The notes: a model not told the origin generated them from the sequence alone. Numbered from the stretch's first letter, positions 9,901 to 18,972 are shown. The stretch is DNA of 63,909 bases from Lysobacteraceae bacterium (GCA_031418815.1 JANOJQ010000114.1:1-63909); one strand, 5' to 3'. A program made the numbers and translations.

Positions 9901-12564
9901 TCGGTGCGCGTGCTGCTGCGGCCGATCGGGCAGGCGCCGTCCACCGGTGCGATCGATGCCAGGCTGCCCAATGCGGTGGTGCGCGTGCCGGTGGCGCGCC
10001 AGGACACCGGCAAGGTGAGCGTGGCATTCGCCCCGGGCGCGCGCGCTCCCGGCGAGGACCTGGTGCTCAGGCTGGGCAATGGCACAAAGTCCCGCCGCCT
10101 GGTCACGCTGGCGATCGTGGATGATTCGGTGCACCAGCAGGCGGCGGTGCTGCACGGCGCGATGGATCCGAACGGTCAACGCTTCATCGGCATGCTCGAA
10201 AGCTGGACCGGCGCCGCCTGGCACGGCTTCGACGCCTGGAGCCGCGTGCCCAACCTCTTCATTCGCGAGAACAGTGGGGCGGCGCCGGATCCGCAGGCCT
10301 ACGCGGCCGCTTCGTCGGGCGGCTACGAACAGGACGCCGTGAGCCTGGACACCATCGAGGTCACGGGCAGCCGCATCAAGCGCTCTGATCTGGTGGACAG
10401 TGGTGTCGTTGCCGGCCTCAGCGCGCCGCCGCGCGAGGCCACGTCCGCCGAGGGCCCGCCGGCGGCGCGCGTGCGCAGCCGCTTCCCGGTGACCGCCTAC
10501 TGGAACGCCGGCGAAGAGCTCGCGCCGGGAGAAACCCGCGAGCTGCGCGTGCGCCTGCCCGACAACCTCACGCGCTGGCGCCTGGTGTACTGGACGAGCG
10601 ACGACGGCGACAGCTTCACCCTGGGTGAGGAAACGTTCCAATCCACGCTGCCGCTGGAGATCCGCGCCGGATTGCCCACGCGGATCTTCCAGGGCGACCA
10701 GGGCAGCGGCACCGTGCTGGCGCGGGTGAACGCGGAGGGTGCCGCGGCCGTAACGCTGCAGGTGGACACCGAAGGCGCCGGCGCCGACGGCCAGGTGAAG
10801 GCGCAGGGCGTCGTGGCCCCGCAGGCCTCGCTGGCGCAGCGCGTTTCACTGGTGTCCGATGCCCAGGGCCGCATCGCGCTGCTGGCGCGCGCTTCCACGG
10901 CCACCACGTCCGACGCGCTCTCGTCCGCGGTGGAAGTGCAGTCGCGCCTCGCACCTGTTTCCATCACCCAGGCTGGCTGGCTCGAGGACGGGCCGCTGGC
11001 GCTGTCGCGCCCGGATGTTCCGCGCGGCGCGATGAGCCCCGTGCTGGCCGTCACCGTGGCGCAGGGCACCGATCCCTGGCGCGACGGCTGGCTGCGCGAC
11101 CTGCGCGACTACCCGCACCGCTGCTGGGAACAGACGCTCAGCCGCGGTATGGGCGCCGCGATAGCGCTGGCGTCGCCCGACAGCGCGGCGGCCTGGCCCG
11201 ATGCGGCCGAGGTGGTGGCGGCGACGCTGCGCGACGCCCCTTCGTTCGTGGACGACGAAGACCACTACCGCTACTTCGTCGGCGGCTACAGCGAATACTC
11301 CGAGCTTGACCCGATTCTGTCCGCGCACACGCTGCGCGGCTTCCAGGTGCTCGATTCGCTGGGCCACGCGGTGCCGCTGGCCTGGCGCGACACGCTGCGC
11401 GAGCAGCTGGGCTACTTCGCCAAACTCTCGCGCCAGGACGAAGTGGACCCCTGGGAAGCCGAGCGCGTGGCGATCGCCGCCGGTGCGCTGGCCACCGACG
11501 GACAGGCCGTCGGCGACGAAGTGGTTCGCTGGCTGTGGCCCCTGCGCGAACACATGAGCTGGTTCGGCCGCAGCGAACTGGTGCGCGCCGCCGCCGCCAA
11601 TCCGCAGCACGCGGCGCTGGCGGCGCAGGGCCTGCAGGAGCTGCGCGACGCGGGCAGGCAGCGCGGCGCGCGGCGCATCCTCGAAGCCACCGGCGACACA
11701 AGCATGCTGATGGGCTCGCCGCTGCGCGACCAGTGCGCGATCACCGCCACGCTGTTCACGCTCGACCGCAGCCCCGAGCACCTGGGCGTGCGCCAGCAGT
11801 GGCTGCGCGGCCTGAGCGATCTTTACGCCGGCGGCACCGGCAGCCTCGACACGCAGTCCAGCGTGCAGTGCCTGCTGGCCCTGCGCGCCGCCGGTGCGGC
11901 GCTCGACACGACCGGCACCGCGCGCGTCGGCGTCACCGCCGGGCTGCAGTCCACCGAGCTGGCGCTGGCGGCCGGTGAAGAATCCGCGCGCTGGGAAACG
12001 CCGCTGGCGCCGACCGCCGAGGTCACGCTCACGCCCAAAGGCGGCAGCGACGGCACCCTGAACTACAGCGCGCAGGTGAGCTACGTGCTGGACCAGCGCG
12101 ACGCCGTGGCCCAGGCCACCGGCCTGCAGCTGCAGCGCAGCTACCAGGTGATGCGCGGCGGCGAGTGGCGCGAGCTGCGCAGCGGCGCCGTCACCGAGGG
12201 CGAATGGCTGCGCACCACGCTGACCGTGGTGGTGCCGGCGATGCGCCACTTCGTGGCCATCACCGACACCGTGCCCGGCGGCCTGGTGACGCGCGACGTG
12301 CGCCTGGGCGGCGTGGCTGGGGAAAACCTGCAGCGCCTGGCCGACCCGGGATCATGGTGGTTCGACACCCGCCAGACCGGCGCCAGCGAAGTGCGCTTCT
12401 ACGCGCAGCAGCTGCCGCCGGGCACGCATGACCTGCACTACTACACCCAGGCCACGCACGCCGGCCGCTACTTCGCGCCGCCGGCCGTGGCCGAGCTGAT
12501 GTACGGCCGCAACAGCCGCGCCAGCACCGTGTCGAACGACCTGCAGGTGAAGCCCCGACCGTAA
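6922..12564 (+). CDS. bacterial alpha-2-macroglobulin family protein (1880 aa, secreted)
   Basis: Signal peptide, SDRLLYRPGDTVHFR (MG2), RSRFPVTAYW and LPDNLTRWR, thioester YPHRCWEQ, C-terminal GRYFAPPAVAELMY. Confidence 0.9.
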   Translation: MPHRLCLSAALLLAATSLAQAAAEPPRIEDAETEDDRLAIEFDQPMLTWRGESDTAGITLAPRVDCRWYWEQDTTLVCQVPRGSAAPIRAATAYRLQVPGGLWSQAGAELAPTALTVVSSRPELELKVTDWHAGQPELWVVSRWMPVTAQDVAQVLELRVDGVLLDYTLAAPTARKLASMYMEEGGSTFKLEPKRWPTSVATLVASTREGLRSSAGPLRGEAQSLLNTQVNQPLRLVGLGCGWSRMPMTPAEAAKWGRDDCAPDAEVSLVFSRRLAKGEAERIAAGLPGLTASNSSVSCRWECGDGRPSFHVGFTAKAAGVRLPIVLPADLRADDGSVLETGPVPELVFRDHPASVRAAPSVRLLRPGSDAALALEVRNLTAPTDLAELATGRRTHLRNSRLPITGITNQVQPWQAAPPRGGIARQGGLTLAGVRASPEPGFAVAVAPFNVIAAADASRVMVWASDWDSAAAIADASIELLRVTSKGKETVLARGRTGADGVGYLPTAQYAWGDEQTQTRLVRVRHAGRQSVIPVLSSWSQLPVEGIPEKEWDSDIYYGGSDTDAVFGVSDRLLYRPGDTVHFRVWSRQRDGNRLRPQPGKAGDEAPLVLRNLESRSAMDAWSGRRDGWGGAAGDRPLSANLADGTYCITRADDSSGGNRPSGACFDVARFDSQAVWVRSAFDRKIVRAGDELALDIEGGFYSGGGAAGARVEATAFLEPTPLGELYPAFARFTFASPLGPDGEESDIDPLATLARVEVLDGRGKARFAGKLPARFVHGDSDGSDESRAVAIGQIRANTFVTIPGAASSASPVATAVYAAHARYVGLRSGDWWLPSNKDPQLEATVVTAEGVAMAAGTVRVRIERDGEGDAAEVLARCELAIGAVAPCAFRAPEPGEYRFVAEADGAAPSVMTRYFYGQGSRDDRDGSAKVELTLLATPEAGGDAVLRLLQPYPRANALFVVEYDNVLRHWVQEVGPDSQVRVAMPREWAPGVSVRVLLRPIGQAPSTGAIDARLPNAVVRVPVARQDTGKVSVAFAPGARAPGEDLVLRLGNGTKSRRLVTLAIVDDSVHQQAAVLHGAMDPNGQRFIGMLESWTGAAWHGFDAWSRVPNLFIRENSGAAPDPQAYAAASSGGYEQDAVSLDTIEVTGSRIKRSDLVDSGVVAGLSAPPREATSAEGPPAARVRSRFPVTAYWNAGEELAPGETRELRVRLPDNLTRWRLVYWTSDDGDSFTLGEETFQSTLPLEIRAGLPTRIFQGDQGSGTVLARVNAEGAAAVTLQVDTEGAGADGQVKAQGVVAPQASLAQRVSLVSDAQGRIALLARASTATTSDALSSAVEVQSRLAPVSITQAGWLEDGPLALSRPDVPRGAMSPVLAVTVAQGTDPWRDGWLRDLRDYPHRCWEQTLSRGMGAAIALASPDSAAAWPDAAEVVAATLRDAPSFVDDEDHYRYFVGGYSEYSELDPILSAHTLRGFQVLDSLGHAVPLAWRDTLREQLGYFAKLSRQDEVDPWEAERVAIAAGALATDGQAVGDEVVRWLWPLREHMSWFGRSELVRAAAANPQHAALAAQGLQELRDAGRQRGARRILEATGDTSMLMGSPLRDQCAITATLFTLDRSPEHLGVRQQWLRGLSDLYAGGTGSLDTQSSVQCLLALRAAGAALDTTGTARVGVTAGLQSTELALAAGEESARWETPLAPTAEVTLTPKGGSDGTLNYSAQVSYVLDQRDAVAQATGLQLQRSYQVMRGGEWRELRSGAVTEGEWLRTTLTVVVPAMRHFVAITDTVPGGLVTRDVRLGGVAGENLQRLADPGSWWFDTRQTGASEVRFYAQQLPPGTHDLHYYTQATHAGRYFAPPAVAELMYGRNSRASTVSNDLQVKPRP

Positions 12565-12570
12565 ACACCC

Positions 12571-12635
12571 TGTGGGAGGGCCTTCAGGCCCGATGCTTTC
12601 CGGCGAAGGGCATCGGGCCTGAAGGCCCTCCTACA
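12571..12635. repeat. REP-type inverted doublet (GTGG/GTAG REP), likely bidirectional terminator
   Basis: TGTGGGAGGGCCTTCAGGCCCGATGC ... GCATCGGGCCTGAAGGCCCTCCTACA between convergent genes. Confidence 0.85.
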
Positions 12636-12643
12636 TGCGGCGG

Positions 12644-14974
12644 TCAGCCGGCGATCGCGAAGCGGTCCAGCGCCTTCTCGGCCTGGCCGCGCTCGTGGTC
12701 GCCCAGGCCGCGGGCGGCGGCACGGTAGCGATCCACCAGCGCTTCGTCGGCGGGCATGCGCGCGGCGAGGTCACGCAGCACTTCGCTGGCGTCGAAGTCC
12801 GAGGAGATGGCGGCCACGGCGTCCAGCACCGCATTCGCCACCGCTACGTCCACGGGGCCGGCGTTGATGAGGGCCGACAGCGCCTGGCGCGACTCGAAGT
12901 CGGACGACAGCTCGCCCGTGCGCGACAGGTATGCCGCCAGCACGGCCGGGTTGCCGCGCGTTTGTTTCGCCGCGCGTTCAAGCACGTTGCGCAGCTCGAA
13001 GTCGCTGCGGATGGCTTCGGCCGATGCCAGCGCCAACTGCACCGTCGCCGGCGACACGCCGCGCTGGCCCAGCATGGCTTCCAGCACCCGGCGCAGTTCG
13101 AAGTCACTGCGGATCGACGCCAACGCCACGCGCCAGGCCGCGTCCACCTCGCCCGACGCGGGCAGCCGGCCGGCCAGCGGGATCAGCAGTTCGGCGAGCT
13201 CGAAATCCGAGCTGATGTCGATGGCCAGGGCAAGCACGCGGGCCTGGTGCACGGGCGAGAGCGGCTGCGAAGCCAGCGCTGCCTGCAGGGCCTGGCGCAG
13301 TTCGAAATCGCTGTCGATGGACCTGGCCAGTTCGAGCGAGCGCGCCAGCTGTGCGTCGTCGAGCTTGGCATTGGCGTACAGCACGCCCAGGTAGCGGGCC
13401 TGCGCATAGTCGGCCTTGATCAGGGCCATGTCCGCCAGCAGGGCGTCGGGGCCGCCCTTGGCGAGGATGCGCTTGCCGCGCGCCTCGGCCTGCAGGCCGC
13501 TTTCGCGCACCAGCGCCGGCAGCGTCCGCGCCAGCCACTGGCGGCCTTCGCCGTCGAGCGCGATTTCCTTGCCGTCGCGCCGGTAGCGGCGCTGGATGAC
13601 GCCGTCCTTGCCGAACACCTCGATCTCCCGCTCTACCCCACCGCGCGACTCGGTCAGCTCGAGGCGCGCGCCGTTGCCCAGGCGCGCCACGTCGGTTTCG
13701 CCTTCGTTGAACTGGACGTCGCCGGCGACGCGCAGCTTCACGTGCACGGCTCCGCGGTTGTCGGTGTAGGTGAAGTTATGGCCGCCATTGAAGTCAATGC
13801 GGCTCATGATCCGGTCGGCAAAGTCTTCGGAAGCCACGGTGGTGATGACCAGGCCCGGCAGGGCGACGATAGCCACGATGGCCAGCACGAGGGCGGTTCG
13901 GCGCAGGCCGGGGGAAAGCGGACGCAGGGTCATGGCGGTGTTCTCCAGGAGATTGCTGACGCGTCGGACCACGGCGCCGGGATCGCCGGCCATGGCCACC
14001 GCGAGGGCGGGTTGACCGGCGCGAGCGCCGGCGTGGGAAAGACAGGTGGCCAGGCATTCGGCCAGCGGGCGGCCGCTGCCGAGCAGCTGCGCGGCGCGCG
14101 CGTCGCAGGCGTCTTCGGCCAGGGCGTCCAGGCGGCGGCTCGCGTGCCGGGCCAGGGGATGGAAGAACAGCGGCAGCGCGGCGATGCGCTGCGCGATCCG
14201 CCATGCCGGGTCGCGGCGCTGGAGATGGCTCAGCTCGTGGGCCAGCATCGCGCGCTGCTGGGCCGACGGCAGCGTCTGCGACCACGACGGCAGCAGCACG
14301 TTCGCGCCCGGAAGCACCATCGGGCTTTGCAGCTGCGGCAGCAGTCGCAGGGTGGGCGGGGCGATGGCGAGTTCGTCGGCCAGCGAGTGCGCGGCGCGGG
14401 ACAGGCCGGGGCCCGGGACGGCACCGTGCTGTTTCGCGACGCGACCCAGGCGCCGAATGGCGATGACCTGCGCCAGCAGTCGGGCGACGCCCCACAGCAG
14501 TCCGGCAGCCCACGAGGCGAGCAGCCCCCACGCCGCGAGATCCGGCACTTCGCCGTCGGCGAGGCCGCGCGATCCGGTGGCTGGCCGGGTCGTCGGGTCC
14601 GGGCTGGGCCACGCGGATGGCGCGGAAGCGGGCGTCGCTTCGACCGTGCCGGCGGTGCCCGCGACGGTGCCGGTGGCGGGCACGGCCGGCGGCGCGTCCT
14701 CAACCGCCGGTGTCGACGCACGGGCCAAAGCGTGCGGCGCGGCCGATGCGTGCATCGCGGTGCGCGGCGTCGGCGCAACATCAGCCGGCAGCGGCACGAA
14801 CTCCAGCGACGCCGACAGCAGCGCGCCAAACAGCGCCGTGCGCCAGGCCAGCTCGGCCCAGCCAGGATGCTTCAGGGCTCCGGCGCGCTCCAGCAGCCAC
14901 ACCGCGCCCAGCAGCACCGTGGCGTGCAGGGCCAGCGTCAGCAGGAAGGAAAAGCCCAGGTCGAGCGCGCTCAC
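12644..14974 (-). CDS. M56 (BlaR1/MecR1-type) membrane metallopeptidase with C-terminal helical repeats
   Basis: TM segments, SPM..PG, zinc motif AHELSHLQRRD, FFHPL, EDACD; GTGA overlap with the blaI-like gene. Confidence 0.9.
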   Translation of the reverse strand: MSALDLGFSFLLTLALHATVLLGAVWLLERAGALKHPGWAELAWRTALFGALLSASLEFVPLPADVAPTPRTAMHASAAPHALARASTPAVEDAPPAVPATGTVAGTAGTVEATPASAPSAWPSPDPTTRPATGSRGLADGEVPDLAAWGLLASWAAGLLWGVARLLAQVIAIRRLGRVAKQHGAVPGPGLSRAAHSLADELAIAPPTLRLLPQLQSPMVLPGANVLLPSWSQTLPSAQQRAMLAHELSHLQRRDPAWRIAQRIAALPLFFHPLARHASRRLDALAEDACDARAAQLLGSGRPLAECLATCLSHAGARAGQPALAVAMAGDPGAVVRRVSNLLENTAMTLRPLSPGLRRTALVLAIVAIVALPGLVITTVASEDFADRIMSRIDFNGGHNFTYTDNRGAVHVKLRVAGDVQFNEGETDVARLGNGARLELTESRGGVEREIEVFGKDGVIQRRYRRDGKEIALDGEGRQWLARTLPALVRESGLQAEARGKRILAKGGPDALLADMALIKADYAQARYLGVLYANAKLDDAQLARSLELARSIDSDFELRQALQAALASQPLSPVHQARVLALAIDISSDFELAELLIPLAGRLPASGEVDAAWRVALASIRSDFELRRVLEAMLGQRGVSPATVQLALASAEAIRSDFELRNVLERAAKQTRGNPAVLAAYLSRTGELSSDFESRQALSALINAGPVDVAVANAVLDAVAAISSDFDASEVLRDLAARMPADEALVDRYRAAARGLGDHERGQAEKALDRFAIAG

Positions 14975-15369
14975 GGCTTGTCCGCCTTGGCGCCGGCCAG
15001 CAGGGCGCGCACGCGCTCGAGGTCGCCGGGCGCGACGTCCTTTTCGCTGACCAGGTGCGCCAGCAGCGCGCCCGGGTCGCCGCGGAAGAGGGTCTGGATC
15101 AGGTCGCCGACCATCGTGCGCCGCACCTGCGGCTCGGTGACCAGGGCACGGTAGTACAGCACGCGGCCGTCGCGGCGCTGGGCCACGGCGCCGCGTTTGG
15201 CCAGACGGGTGAGCAGGGTGGCGACGGTGGTGTGGGCCAGGCCGCGCTCGGCGGCCAGGGCAGCGGCGACGTCGGACACGCTGGCTTCGCCGCGCCAGAG
15301 CACGCGCATCACGTCCAGCTGCAGCTCGCTCAGCGCGATGTCATCGGAGGTTGGGTCGCTTGGAGCCAT
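14971..15369 (-). CDS. BlaI/MecI/CopY family transcriptional repressor
   Basis: LSELQLDVMRVLW...LAHTTVATLLTRLAKRG...YYRAL pattern. Confidence 0.95.
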   Translation of the reverse strand: MAPSDPTSDDIALSELQLDVMRVLWRGEASVSDVAAALAAERGLAHTTVATLLTRLAKRGAVAQRRDGRVLYYRALVTEPQVRRTMVGDLIQTLFRGDPGALLAHLVSEKDVAPGDLERVRALLAGAKADKP

Positions 15370-15377
15370 GGCCGCTC

Positions 15378-15407
15378 TTCTACAGGTGTCGTACTACACT
15401 TGTAGAA
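15378..15407. promoter_or_regulatory. tandem BlaI/CopY-type operators (TACA-NN-TGTA)
   Basis: CTACAggTGTCG (15380-15391) and the perfect CTACActTGTAG (15394-15405) just upstream of the repressor start codon. Confidence 0.8.
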
Positions 15408-15475
15408 CAAGACCACACTCTTTGCAACAGGCCAGAAGTCAGGGGCCGTGGAGTTCCCTGCCTCAGGGGTGCGGA

Positions 15476-16270
15476 TCAGCCGGCTTCGAGGGTGTCCCAC
15501 AGGCCGGGGTCGATCACCGGCAGTGCCTCGAGCGCCGGCCGCGCAAACAGATAGCCCTGGAACCGGGTGATGCCCATCTCGCGCAGCACGCGGTATTCGG
15601 CCAGCGTCTCCACGCCTTCGGCCAGCACCTCGCAGCCGAGCGACCGGCAGGTGGCGACGATGCCGCTGGTGATCGAGCGGCGCACGCGGTCCTGGTCCAG
15701 GCCGCGTATCAAGGCCATGTCCAGCTTGACGATGTCGGGCTGGAACTCGGCCAACAGGTTCAGGCCGGCGTAGCCCGCACCGAAGTCGTCGATCGCGGTG
15801 AGGAAACCGCGGTTCTGGTAATCCTTGATGATGCGAACCACGTGCGGGACGTCGCGAATCTGTTCGGATTCGGTGACTTCGAAGATGAGCTTGCGCGGGT
15901 CGAAGCCGCAGCGTTCGGCCGCCGCGAGCGTAAGGCGGATGCACGTGGCGGGCTCGTACACCGCGTTCGGGGCGAAGTTGATGGACAGCCGTGTGGCCAT
16001 GCCCAGGCGGGCGGCGGTGTCGATGGCCAGCACCCGGCAGGTCTGGTCGAATCGGTAGAGCTGGTGCGGCGGCACCCGGGCGATGACTTCGCCGGCGCCG
16101 TCTCCGTTCTCGCCGCGCACCAGGGCCTCGTAGGCGTAGACGCTGCGCGTGGCCACGTCCAAGATCGGCTGGAAAGCCATTCGCACGGTGAAAGCCAGGA
16201 GCTCGTCACCCCTGCAGTTGACGCAGGGATGTGGGCTGACCACGTCACCGAAGAACTGTTTGAGATACAT
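15476..16270 (-). CDS. stand-alone EAL-domain c-di-GMP phosphodiesterase
   Basis: AFQPI...YEALVRG, LSINF, FEVTE, AIDDFGAGYAGL, VKLD, AEGVET, FQGYLF; N-terminal CxxC. Confidence 0.95.
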   Translation of the reverse strand: MYLKQFFGDVVSPHPCVNCRGDELLAFTVRMAFQPILDVATRSVYAYEALVRGENGDGAGEVIARVPPHQLYRFDQTCRVLAIDTAARLGMATRLSINFAPNAVYEPATCIRLTLAAAERCGFDPRKLIFEVTESEQIRDVPHVVRIIKDYQNRGFLTAIDDFGAGYAGLNLLAEFQPDIVKLDMALIRGLDQDRVRRSITSGIVATCRSLGCEVLAEGVETLAEYRVLREMGITRFQGYLFARPALEALPVIDPGLWDTLEAG

Positions 16271-16385
16271 GGCGGGGCCGATGGCTTCCTTGGGGCCGGT
16301 GCCCGATTCTAAGCCAATGCCTGCGCGCCAGACGGGGGCGGTTCACGCTCCTGACAAAGCGCGTGCAGGTACCGCTGCGCGCTCG

Positions 16386-17990
16386 CTAGCGCGGTTCGGG
16401 TTTGGAGGACCGCTCCAGGAGCCGGTCCGCCCACGTTTGCTGACCCTGCCGATTCAACGAGGGCCAGGCCAGCGCCAGTGCGGCCGCGCAAGCCGCGGCA
16501 ACGGCGGCGATCGTTGGGATGATGGCCGAAGAGGTTGCTTGGAACGCGAGCGGACCAGCGCCCTGCACGCCCAGGTAGGCCGCGAACACCATCGCCAGCT
16601 CGTACGGCCGCGGGCTTCGACAAAGCGCGGCCAGGGCCAGCCCCGACAGTGCCACGACGGCGGCCGTGCCCAGCAGGGCCAGCGCCATCGCTGGCGTTTG
16701 CCCCGCCAGCCGCAGCATCGCCGGCAGCGCAGGGCCCACTGCCAATGCCAACGCGACCGCGATGCGCGCGCCGAGCAGGCGCCCGTGGGCCTTCGGCGCG
16801 GTCATCACCAGGGCCGCCGTGCGCGTGTCGCGCTCGCGCAGCAGGCTGCGGCCGAACACGTCCAGGCTCGCCATCCACGCTACGATCACCGCGCCGGCCA
16901 TGGCTTCGACCGGCGCGGCCAGCTGCACCACGGCACACACCGCGAGCGCGGCCCACCACCACAGCGGCCGGCCGCGCAGCACCAGCCGCAGCTCCGACGC
17001 CACCAGCACGCCGGCGCCGCCGCGCTCGATCGGGCGCAGCACGGCATCGAGCCAGCGCAGGCGCCGCCCCGCGTTCGCCGTGGCCTTGGCCGCGGAGGTA
17101 TGGCGCGCGGCCAGGTCCAGGAACGGCGCCAGCAGCGCGGTGCCGAGCAACGACGCCAGCACCCACAGCCCGCGACCCACGAGGTCGGCCGCACCCACCT
17201 GCCATTGGGTCCAGGCAAACAGCCGCATCGGACCTTCGATGCGATTCCCGCCGACGTTCATGTTGGAGGCGTCCAGGCCGGGCGCGAGGGTGGGCAGCGC
17301 ATCCATCAGGTGGCGCTGCACCAGGGACATGCCGCTGGGGTCGCTGATCCAGGTGTTCCGCGCCCACGCCGAGCCCGAAGGATCAAGCGTGCTCAGCGCC
17401 AGTGACAACATCAGCACCCAAACGAAGAAATACAGCACGTTGCCGGCGGTGCGGCGCAGGAAAGGCACCATGTCGAAGGCAATGGCGAAGAAGGCGGTGA
17501 GCGACAGCGACGGCAGCGTCAGCAGCAGGGACGGCTTCACCAGCTCCACCAGGTCGAAGCTGCGGTCCTCGGCGCGCACCCACTGCGCCGCCACGCCCAC
17601 GGCCAGGCCCACGGCCAGCACCACGCAGAACACCGCCATGTGGCTGGTCCACTTGGCCAGCAGGTAGCCGGCGCGCGTCATCGGCGTGGCCACCAGCAGC
17701 TGCCAGACGCGGCTGTCGAAGTCGCGCACCAGGGTGCCGCGCACCAGGTAGAAGCCCAGCCAGGCCAGCATGGTCGAATACACCAGGGCCAGCGACAGGC
17801 CCGACCAGGCGCTGGAATACAGCCCGCGCGCCTCGTCGATGGACACCGCGACATAGCCGCTGTCGCTCGCGGGGAAGCAGGCCCAGCTGAGCGCGGCCAT
17901 CACCGCCGGGATCACCCAGAAGCGCAGCGCGCGCGTGCGCTCGCGCAGGTCGGCGAGCACGATCGCGTTGAATCGCCGCAGCGTTTCCAT
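16386..17990 (-). CDS. ABC-2-type transporter permease-like membrane protein
   Basis: Multi-TM protein (LLVATPMTRAGYLLAKW) starting 1 nt after the ATPase stop. Confidence 0.8.
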   Translation of the reverse strand: METLRRFNAIVLADLRERTRALRFWVIPAVMAALSWACFPASDSGYVAVSIDEARGLYSSAWSGLSLALVYSTMLAWLGFYLVRGTLVRDFDSRVWQLLVATPMTRAGYLLAKWTSHMAVFCVVLAVGLAVGVAAQWVRAEDRSFDLVELVKPSLLLTLPSLSLTAFFAIAFDMVPFLRRTAGNVLYFFVWVLMLSLALSTLDPSGSAWARNTWISDPSGMSLVQRHLMDALPTLAPGLDASNMNVGGNRIEGPMRLFAWTQWQVGAADLVGRGLWVLASLLGTALLAPFLDLAARHTSAAKATANAGRRLRWLDAVLRPIERGGAGVLVASELRLVLRGRPLWWWAALAVCAVVQLAAPVEAMAGAVIVAWMASLDVFGRSLLRERDTRTAALVMTAPKAHGRLLGARIAVALALAVGPALPAMLRLAGQTPAMALALLGTAAVVALSGLALAALCRSPRPYELAMVFAAYLGVQGAGPLAFQATSSAIIPTIAAVAAACAAALALAWPSLNRQGQQTWADRLLERSSKPEPR

Positions 17991-17991
17991 G

Positions 17992-18876
17992 TCAGTGGGC
18001 CCCGGCGCGGGTGAGCAGCGACAGGTAGGCGTCCTCGAGGTCGGGCGCGCAGGGCGTGGCGTCCTGCGAGGGCCGGGTGTCGGACACGATGCGCAGCCGC
18101 ACGCCGTCCGGGCGCCGGATCGAATGGCTGGTGACGAAGCGTTCGCGCAGTTCGGGCACGCGCTCGGAGGGCACGGTCCATTCCCACACCTGGCCCTGAG
18201 CCTGCGCCAGCAGCGACTCGGGCGCGCCGGCATGCAGCAGCCTGCCCTTGGCCATCACCACCAGCGCGGTGGCGCTGGCCTCGACGTCGGACACGATGTG
18301 GGTGGACAGGATGACCAGGCGGTCGGCGGCCAGGTCGGTGACCAGGTGGCGGAAGCGGCGGCGCTCCTCGGGGTCCAGGCCCACGGTGGGCTCGTCGACG
18401 ATCAGCAGGGCCGGGTCGTTGAGCAGCGCCTGGGCGATGCCAACGCGCTGGCGCATGCCGCCGGAGAACTCGCCCAGGCGCCGGTCGGCGGCTTCGGCCA
18501 GCCCGACCTGGTCGAGGCACTGCGCCACGCGCGCGGCGATCCGGCCGGACGGCAGGCCCTTCACGGCGGCCAGGTAGGCCAGGAACTCGCGTGCGGTCAG
18601 CGCCGGGTACACCCCGAAGTCCTGCGGCAGGTAGCCCAGCGTGCGGCGAATCGGATCGGGATGCGCCGCCACGTCGGTCCCATTCCAGCGAACGGTGCCG
18701 GAACTGGGCTTGGACAGAGTCGCGAGGATTCGCATCAAGGTCGATTTTCCCGCCCCGTTCGGGCCCAAAAGGCCGACGATGCCGGTACGAAGCGACAGCG
18801 TGAGGTCGGACAGGGCAAGATGGCCACCGCGGTAGCGGAACGCCACCGCGTCCAGTTCAAGCCTGTGTGCGGACAT
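17992..18876 (-). CDS. ABC transporter ATP-binding protein
   Basis: Walker A GPNGAGKS, signature FSGGMRQR, Walker B LLIVDEPT, H-loop STH. Confidence 0.95.
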   Translation of the reverse strand: MSAHRLELDAVAFRYRGGHLALSDLTLSLRTGIVGLLGPNGAGKSTLMRILATLSKPSSGTVRWNGTDVAAHPDPIRRTLGYLPQDFGVYPALTAREFLAYLAAVKGLPSGRIAARVAQCLDQVGLAEAADRRLGEFSGGMRQRVGIAQALLNDPALLIVDEPTVGLDPEERRRFRHLVTDLAADRLVILSTHIVSDVEASATALVVMAKGRLLHAGAPESLLAQAQGQVWEWTVPSERVPELRERFVTSHSIRRPDGVRLRIVSDTRPSQDATPCAPDLEDAYLSLLTRAGAH

Positions 18877-18972
18877 CGGGTTCCCCTGGCCACCGGGCGC
18901 GAAAAGGCCGGCTTCTTCAATTGGTCGTGTTGGCAACTACAACACCATCTCACATGGGCCAATCGACAGGGG

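Noticed and set aside
6922-15369. A2M and BlaI/M56 as one protease/anti-protease system
   Set aside because: The genes are convergent and separated by a REP doublet, and I saw no BlaI operator upstream of the A2M; adjacency alone is insufficient.
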